This document shows, one piece after another, positions 26,682-32,000 of a DNA stretch of 32,000 nucleotides. The translations under genes and the position numbers were made by a program. A model generated the notes under the pieces. That model did no database searches, was not told where the DNA came from, and saw only the letters and a program-made list of their open reading frames with translations. Numbering within the stretch: the first letter of the stretch is position 1; each line of letters starts with the position of its first letter. This DNA is from Methanopyrus kandleri AV19 (GTDB lineage: Archaea > JAADCQ01 > Methanopyri > Methanopyrales > Methanopyraceae): positions 60,001 through 92,000 of the forward strand of contig NC_003551.1 in NCBI RefSeq assembly GCF_000007185.1, given 5' to 3'.

Positions 26682-27470
26682 TCACTCTTCAACCTGATCG
26701 GGGGCCGGGTCGAGGGAGACGTACCCTTGGGAAGCACAGGCGCGGATGAGGCGCTCCCCTTCGCTTTCATCGAAGAACGGGGGCGCCCAATCCCGCGTCA
26801 CCCGACGGCGTTGGACACCGTCCTCGTTCACGGCCACCCGGTAGGCGAGTATCCCTCGACGTTGCCAGGCCGGGGTTCGTCCGAGGTTGATCCCGAACTC
26901 TCGGTAGAGCAGCTCGTGCACATCGTGCGCCTTCATTCCACGGAGCCGCTCGGCGGCTTCCTTGGGTTTCAGTCCTCGCTCACGCAGCGCCCAGTACGCA
27001 TAGGAGTTCAGGTGATTCCGCCAGGCCTCGTCCTGACGCCACTTGAAGTAGTCCACCAGGTCGTCGTCCGTGAGCACCACGCACCTGGAGTCGAAGGACA
27101 CCGTCTCGCCGGTCGGATCTATCCCGTGGCGCTGTAAGGCCCGGAAGAAGTACGTGGAGGCGCAGGACGCCGATACGGACGTCAACTTTTCGACCCGACC
27201 GGAGAAGGGGACGTTGCCCCGGGGTATGAGCGCGTTAAGCTCGTCGGAGAACGTATAGACGAGTGTGATCCCCAGACCCGCGTCTCGAATCATTCGGACC
27301 GCCGTCTCGGCCATAGCTTCTGCGAACCGTCGGTCGTAGGGCTTCTTGAGGCCTAACCGGCGGGTGAGTTTGGTGAACGCCCTTCCGTCGATCCGCAGAA
27401 CCAGGTGTGTGTTGGGGGGTACCCTAAGGTCCGCGTATACCTCGAGATCACAGGGTTCCACGGGCTTCAA
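26682..27470 (-). CDS. thg1: tRNA-His guanylyltransferase-family (Thg1) 3'-5' polymerase
   Basis: LVLRIDGRAFTKLTRRLGLKKPYDRRFAEAMAETA; LVYTFSDELNALIP; RVEKLTSVSASCASTYFF; FDSRCVVL; YFKWRQDEAWRNHLNSYAYWALRE. Confidence 0.93.
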   Translation of the reverse strand: MKPVEPCDLEVYADLRVPPNTHLVLRIDGRAFTKLTRRLGLKKPYDRRFAEAMAETAVRMIRDAGLGITLVYTFSDELNALIPRGNVPFSGRVEKLTSVSASCASTYFFRALQRHGIDPTGETVSFDSRCVVLTDDDLVDYFKWRQDEAWRNHLNSYAYWALRERGLKPKEAAERLRGMKAHDVHELLYREFGINLGRTPAWQRRGILAYRVAVNEDGVQRRRVTRDWAPPFFDESEGERLIRACASQGYVSLDPAPDQVEE

Positions 27471-28255
27471 GTGCCCACTCGAATCCCCTCGGTCATCCGC
27501 TCGATCAAAGCCACGGCGGAGTACGCGGCGACGGCGCTCGTCTTTGGGTTATCCGGGAGCGCTTCGTTCCTCAGCTCGAACCGGTACGTACCTGCGCTCG
27601 ACTCAACCTCGATGACGTGCGTGTTGACTGAGACCTCGGGGTCGCAGACGATCCGAACTGTGACCAGTGAGGGGTCGCCTACGGCCAGCGACACGGCGGC
27701 CGCCACGTTGATGTTCTTGGGGAACTTGCGGACGGCATCCCGCACGGAACCTTCGTAGAGTACTGTCCGCTCGGAAACGTCCTTGTTCAGGGCTTTCGGA
27801 GGCTTGATGGTGGTGAGAGTGACCTCTCTCACCCGACCTCGCAGCGCTCGCAGCACGTCTAGACCTCCTACCGCACCGGACGGAACGTGAAGGCGATGTC
27901 CGGTGACTTCCGCGACCTCGCGACATCGACTCAGCAGGCCCTCCTCAAGCACCAGCGCTCCCACGCTCATCACGATCACATCGAACCTCTTCAGCGCGTC
28001 AGGTAAGAGGCTAGCCGCCGCTTCCACGGAGGCGGCCTCGAGCAGCACGTCGGCTTCGGCGCTCATGGCGTCATCTAGGTCGGTAGAGGTATCGCAGTCG
28101 GGGAACCACCGCTCGATGCGTTTGAGCTTCTCCGGGTGACGATCACAGACCAGAACCGGTTCCACCTTACCTTCGAGCCGTCCTTCACGGATCTCCCTCA
28201 ACACCGTCGTTCCGATGCCTCCAGCGCCTACGAGCGCTAAACTCAGCTTCTTCAT
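27467..28255 (-). CDS. nadX: L-aspartate dehydrogenase
   Basis: LALVGAGGIGTTVLREI; ADVLLEAASVEAAASLLPDALKRFDVIVMSVGALV; HVPSGAVGGLDVLRAL; NVHVIEVESSAGTYRFELRNEALPDNPKTSAVAAYSAVALI. Confidence 0.92.
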   Translation of the reverse strand: MKKLSLALVGAGGIGTTVLREIREGRLEGKVEPVLVCDRHPEKLKRIERWFPDCDTSTDLDDAMSAEADVLLEAASVEAAASLLPDALKRFDVIVMSVGALVLEEGLLSRCREVAEVTGHRLHVPSGAVGGLDVLRALRGRVREVTLTTIKPPKALNKDVSERTVLYEGSVRDAVRKFPKNINVAAAVSLAVGDPSLVTVRIVCDPEVSVNTHVIEVESSAGTYRFELRNEALPDNPKTSAVAAYSAVALIERMTEGIRVGT

Positions 28256-28823
28256 AGTCGACGATACCCTCCTTCAGGTACTCGACCAGACCCTCCGGAA
28301 GCATCGGCTTTCCCTCGGAGGGGTAGTCGCAATCCAATCGCACCGTATGACCCGGTGCGACCTCGATCTCGGGCCTCTCCACCACTTGTATCTCCTCCAA
28401 CGGAACTCCACACTCGAGTACCGTGAGAGCCACTCTAAGGGCGCCGTCGATGCTGAAATGGTAAGGTCCTAAATGTCGAACCTCGGCGTCGGGGAACCGC
28501 GGTGTAAGCTCCTCCCGAGTACGATGTCGACGGGGGTAGTCGCCGAGGATACCTCCGACGATCACCACGTCGGGATCGTCCTCGGGAGTCAGAGGATCCT
28601 CGGCGTCCGGGTCGAGGACTATCACACGGTCGCCTCGAAGGGGGAGCTTGGACGCGGAGTACGGCAGTGCCGGATACTTGGCCTTCGCCAGCACCTCAGG
28701 GTCCGCGTTCGTGACCGTGAACTCCCACCCGTGCTTCCTCGCGGTCCGGTAGGCCTCCATGTACTCGAGGTCGAGCCAGGGAGACCACCGGTCGAGATGT
28801 TCCACTATCGCCACGGACATCAC
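28185..28823 (-). CDS. SPOUT-superfamily (Sfm1-like, DUF431-type) methyltransferase
   Basis: VAIVEHLDRWSPWLDLEYMEAYR; DVVIVGGILGDYPRRHRTREE; GPYHFSIDGALRVALTVLECG; GKPMLPEGLVEYLKEG recall the yeast Sfm1 family. Confidence 0.75.
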   Translation of the reverse strand: MMSVAIVEHLDRWSPWLDLEYMEAYRTARKHGWEFTVTNADPEVLAKAKYPALPYSASKLPLRGDRVIVLDPDAEDPLTPEDDPDVVIVGGILGDYPRRHRTREELTPRFPDAEVRHLGPYHFSIDGALRVALTVLECGVPLEEIQVVERPEIEVAPGHTVRLDCDYPSEGKPMLPEGLVEYLKEGIVDYEEAEFSARRRWRHRNDGVEGDP

Positions 28824-28831
28824 GCGACACC

Positions 28832-29203
28832 TCAGATCTCCAGATCTGAAGGTTTAGCCGGTGAGCTCTCCTGCTTCTTCCTTTTCCCTTCCTCCCCGGA
28901 AGACGCCTTCTCCGGAGATTCGATGATAATTATGTCCCCGACGGCCTTCACCAGCTCCGCATCGACGGTCTCCGTGCGCCTACCTCCCCCACCGGGAAGC
29001 GGTAACAGACCGCCGCCAGAGGGTTGCTCAGTGACGATCACCAAGAACCGGACGAGATCGCCCGTCCTGGGGTCAAAAGTCACGTCTTCGACGGTACCGA
29101 CCCGACGGCCGTCTTCGGTAAAGACCTCCATTCCGAGAAGCCGTTGGAACCTCACGTACCTCTTCCTGTATTCCTCCTCGTTGCTACTCTCACCGTTCGT
29201 CAC
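28832..29203 (-). CDS. PRC-barrel domain protein (start uncertain; up to 29326)
   Basis: RLLGMEVFTEDGRRVGTVEDVTFDPRTGDLVRFLVIV is PRC-barrel-like; Ser/Lys-rich C-terminus. Confidence 0.7.
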   Translation of the reverse strand: MTNGESSNEEEYRKRYVRFQRLLGMEVFTEDGRRVGTVEDVTFDPRTGDLVRFLVIVTEQPSGGGLLPLPGGGGRRTETVDAELVKAVGDIIIIESPEKASSGEEGKRKKQESSPAKPSDLEI

Positions 29204-29215
29204 GGGGGATCCCCC

Positions 29216-30763
29216 GTGGAGGTCGTGGGGATTCATCACGGGCACGACGCGGGTGCCGCCCTGATCCGAGACGGGGAGATTGTAGCGGCAGCCAATGAAG
29301 AGCGGTTCTCCCGTAAAAAGTTCCACCGTGGGTTTCCGGAGCGATCGCTCCAGTTCGTCCTCGAGCGTAGTAATGACGTCGACGTCCTCGCGGTGGCCGG
29401 ACTGTACCGGAAACGCAAGGATTTGGAGCGAGTACGGGACATCGCCGAAGAGCTGGAGGTGCCCGTATACCTAGTCGAGCACCACGCCGCACACGCGGCC
29501 TCGGCTTATTATACCTCAGGGTTTAACCGGTGCCTGACGATCACGGTCGACGCGGCCGGTGACGGACTCTCCGCCACGGTTTGGGTCTGCGAGCGCGGAG
29601 AGATGCACCGGGTCTCGACGGAGTCATACTACGACTCCTTAGGCGATTTCTACGCGAACGTGACCGAACTACTGGGATTCGAGCCGATGAAGGATGAGGG
29701 TAAGGTCATGTGCCTCGCCGCCTACGCCGAACCGGATCTGAGATCCGTCGAGTGGATCAGACGCGAAGTCATCGACGTCGAGGAAGGGAACATCGTCAAC
29801 CGCCTCGGCGCGATCTCGGGAGAGGCCGTACGCCGCCTCAAAAGGTCGAAGCTCGCTAAAATGGGGCGAGAACGTGCCGCCGCCGTGGCTCAAGAGGCGT
29901 TGGAGGAGTTACTGCTGGAATACTTCGGGCACTACGTGAACGAGTACGGAGAGAACCGCATAGCCTACGCGGGCGGGGTGGCCGCGAACGTCGTGGCCAA
30001 CATGAGGCTGCGAGAGGAGCTCAATATTGACCTCTTCGTGCACCCGAACATGGGTGACGGCGGTCTCGCGGTCGGAGCGGCGCTGTGGGCGTGGGCGGAG
30101 GAGGAGCTCGCCCGTGGGCGGAGACCCGAACCGCGACGTTTGGAGGACGTGTACTTCGGACCTGAATACGATAGGGAAGAAGTGCGTAAGGCGCTGGAAG
30201 AGCATGACATGACGGACCGGGCGGAGTACGTGGGGAAAGACCCCGACGCCATCGTCCGCAAGCTGCTGGAGGGCAAGACCGTAGCATTGTTCCACAGCCG
30301 TATGGAGTACGGCCCCAGGGCGCTCGGAGCCAGGAGTATTCTCGCCGACCCGCGAGATCGGGGCGTGGTGGATAAGCTCAACCGTGATCTGGGTCGGGAC
30401 CCGTTTCAGCCCTTCGCGCCGACGATCCTGTCCGAGGACGCCCCGGAGTACCTCCGGAGGCCCTGTGAGTCACCGTTCATGACCCTAGCCTTCCGCGCCA
30501 CGGATACGTTCCGCAGGAAGGCTCCGGCGGTGGTTCACGTCGACGGGACCACACGTCCACAGACCCTCCGGGACGAGCTGCCGTTCTACCGAGAGGTGAT
30601 CGAGACGTTCCGAGAGGAGACCGGGTTAGGAGCCGTCCTGAATACCAGCTTCAATCCCCATGGTGAGCCCATCGTGTGCTCACCGAGAGACGCACTCGAG
30701 GCGTTCGAGCACGGTGTTGCGGACGTCCTGTGGATCGAAGGCTACATGATCGAGCGGGGGTGA
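29216..30763 (+). CDS. NodU/CmcH-family carbamoyltransferase
   Basis: VGIHHGHDAGAALIRDGEIVAAANEERFSRKKFHRGFP; VEHHAAHAASAYYTSGF; NVVANMRLREELN; MEYGPRALGARSILADPRD; VLNTSFNPHGEPIVCSP. In-frame GTG at 29216; 29024 start runs into the divergent gene. Confidence 0.9.
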   Translation: MEVVGIHHGHDAGAALIRDGEIVAAANEERFSRKKFHRGFPERSLQFVLERSNDVDVLAVAGLYRKRKDLERVRDIAEELEVPVYLVEHHAAHAASAYYTSGFNRCLTITVDAAGDGLSATVWVCERGEMHRVSTESYYDSLGDFYANVTELLGFEPMKDEGKVMCLAAYAEPDLRSVEWIRREVIDVEEGNIVNRLGAISGEAVRRLKRSKLAKMGRERAAAVAQEALEELLLEYFGHYVNEYGENRIAYAGGVAANVVANMRLREELNIDLFVHPNMGDGGLAVGAALWAWAEEELARGRRPEPRRLEDVYFGPEYDREEVRKALEEHDMTDRAEYVGKDPDAIVRKLLEGKTVALFHSRMEYGPRALGARSILADPRDRGVVDKLNRDLGRDPFQPFAPTILSEDAPEYLRRPCESPFMTLAFRATDTFRRKAPAVVHVDGTTRPQTLRDELPFYREVIETFREETGLGAVLNTSFNPHGEPIVCSPRDALEAFEHGVADVLWIEGYMIERG

Positions 30764-30767
30764 GCTC

Positions 30768-31475
30768 GTGCCGCGGCCGAAGGTCCTGTACAACGTTGGG
30801 ATGACGGCGGACGGGAAGGTCGTGACCGCCGCCGGAGATTCCAGGATCTCGGGCGAAGAGGATCTCAAAGAGGTCCACAGGTTGAGAGCAGAACACGACG
30901 CGGTGGCCGTGGGGATCAACACGGTGCGGAAGGACGACCCCATGCTGAACGTGCGGTTGGTGGAGGGAGAAGACCCCATCCGAGTCGTGTTCGACACCGA
31001 GTGCTCCATTCCGCTCGACTGTCGCCTAGTTCGCACCGCTCGGGATATCCCCACGGTCGTGCTCTGTGCCGAGGCCGACCCGGGTCGCGTCGAGAAGCTC
31101 GAGAAAAGAGGTGTGAAGGTGGAGGAAGTCGGTGCCTGTGAGGACGGCGTCGATGTGGAGCGTGGGCTGGAGCTGCTCTACGATATGGGAGTACGAACCT
31201 TGCTACTCGAAGGTGGGCCAACGCTGGCCTGGTCCTTCTTGAAGCGCGGCCTGATCGACGAGTTCCGTGTGGCCGTGGCTCCCGTGCTCGTGGGCGGGTC
31301 CGACGCGTTGACGCCCGTAGAGGGTGAGGGGTTCCCGCGTGTCGATCTCGGAGTGGGCCTGGAATTAAAACGGGTGGAGCGAGTGGGGCGCGACGTGGTG
31401 CTCTGGTACGAGGTTTCCGGATCCGCCGCCGACCTGGCCTCCGAACACGAAGAGGCTCGGGGGAGATCGTCATGA
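30768..31475 (+). CDS. Archaeal 2,5-diamino-6-(ribosylamino)pyrimidinone 5'-phosphate reductase (RibD C-terminal-like)
   Basis: LYNVGMTADGKVVTAAGDSRISGEEDLKEVHRLRAEHDAVAVGINTVRKDDPMLNVRL; LLLEGGPTLAWSFLKRGLIDEFRVAVAPVLVGG. Confidence 0.9.
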   Translation: MPRPKVLYNVGMTADGKVVTAAGDSRISGEEDLKEVHRLRAEHDAVAVGINTVRKDDPMLNVRLVEGEDPIRVVFDTECSIPLDCRLVRTARDIPTVVLCAEADPGRVEKLEKRGVKVEEVGACEDGVDVERGLELLYDMGVRTLLLEGGPTLAWSFLKRGLIDEFRVAVAPVLVGGSDALTPVEGEGFPRVDLGVGLELKRVERVGRDVVLWYEVSGSAADLASEHEEARGRSS

Positions 31476-31828
31476 AGTGTCCGGAGTGCGGGACCGAGAT
31501 GCGATCGGAGCTCCGGGACGATGGGGTGGAACTCCTCAGGTGTCCCGAGTGCGGCAAGGAGATCAAGCGCGTCCCGTCGTACCGGGAGTTCGGTCTGAAG
31601 TGCCCGAACTTCTTCGAGATGACGGTACCGGAGTGGGACGAAGAAGTGCTCGGGAAGGAGGTTGTGGTGGTCGTCAAGTACCGTTCTCCGGACGGTTACC
31701 GCCGCCGCAAGATCCGGGGTAAGGCGGTGCGGATCGACAACCGAGGCAACCTCGTGATCCGTCGAGAGGACGGTTTCGAGGTCTCGTTGTACCCCCAAGT
31801 AGTCGAGAACATCAAAGTACTGGAGTGA
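31472..31828 (+). CDS. Zinc-ribbon hypothetical protein
   Basis: CPECGTEM...CPECGKEI; four-base overlap with the preceding reductase gene. Confidence 0.6.
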   Translation: MKCPECGTEMRSELRDDGVELLRCPECGKEIKRVPSYREFGLKCPNFFEMTVPEWDEEVLGKEVVVVVKYRSPDGYRRRKIRGKAVRIDNRGNLVIRREDGFEVSLYPQVVENIKVLE

Positions 31829-32000
31829 GTCGGCTCCCGCCGGTCCGGTCATCGGCCGTAACGGCCTCCCAGATCCCCACCGGAGATCCCATCCTCATCC
31901 CACCGGAGGGCACATGGTGCGCCACAGGTATTAAACGGATCTCGAGCCGACGGGCGGCCGAGGGTTCGACGGGGGTGAGCCGGTGCGAGCGGCGGTCACA

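Noticed and set aside
1-32000. tRNA, rRNA, toxin-antitoxin, restriction-modification or other defence systems
   Set aside because: I saw no tRNA cloverleaf-like stretch, rRNA signature, or recognisable defence gene set; the SF1 helicase alone is not evidence for a defence system.

Overview
The window looks like chromosomal DNA from a hyperthermophilic methanogenic archaeon. The gene content and protein sequences fit Methanopyrus kandleri or a close relative, but this is inference because no database search was possible. It is gene-dense, high-GC, and rich in four-base start/stop overlaps.

Recognisable content, left to right: a putative TolQ/ExbB-type energiser cluster with DUF2149-like and DUF2162-like partners; a UPF1/SMUBP2-like SF1 helicase; a LarE-like PP-loop ATPase; quinolinate synthase (nadA); a TatD-related hydrolase; a Clp1/Grc3-like polynucleotide kinase; a methanogenesis-marker-12-like protein; prephenate dehydratase (pheA, missed at its 5' end by the ORF track); a pyruvate:ferredoxin oxidoreductase operon (porCDAB plus polyferredoxin) followed by two-subunit fumarase; purO; rqcH (NFACT); a 4-CBS protein; ABCE1/Rli1; an anomalous AT-rich intergenic island with inverted repeats; an MJ0936-like phosphodiesterase; Thg1; aspartate dehydrogenase; a SPOUT/Sfm1-like methyltransferase; a PRC-barrel protein; a NodU-type carbamoyltransferase; and an archaeal riboflavin-pathway reductase with a coupled zinc-ribbon protein.

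I found no convincing CRISPR array, transposon, rRNA or tRNA. The most interesting leads are the energiser cluster with an adjacent orphan exported coiled-coil protein, the AT-rich structured intergenic island (25.80-26.03 kb), the non-canonical pheA start, the long same-strand overlaps that give Arg-rich C-terminal tails, and the Sfm1-like SPOUT protein.
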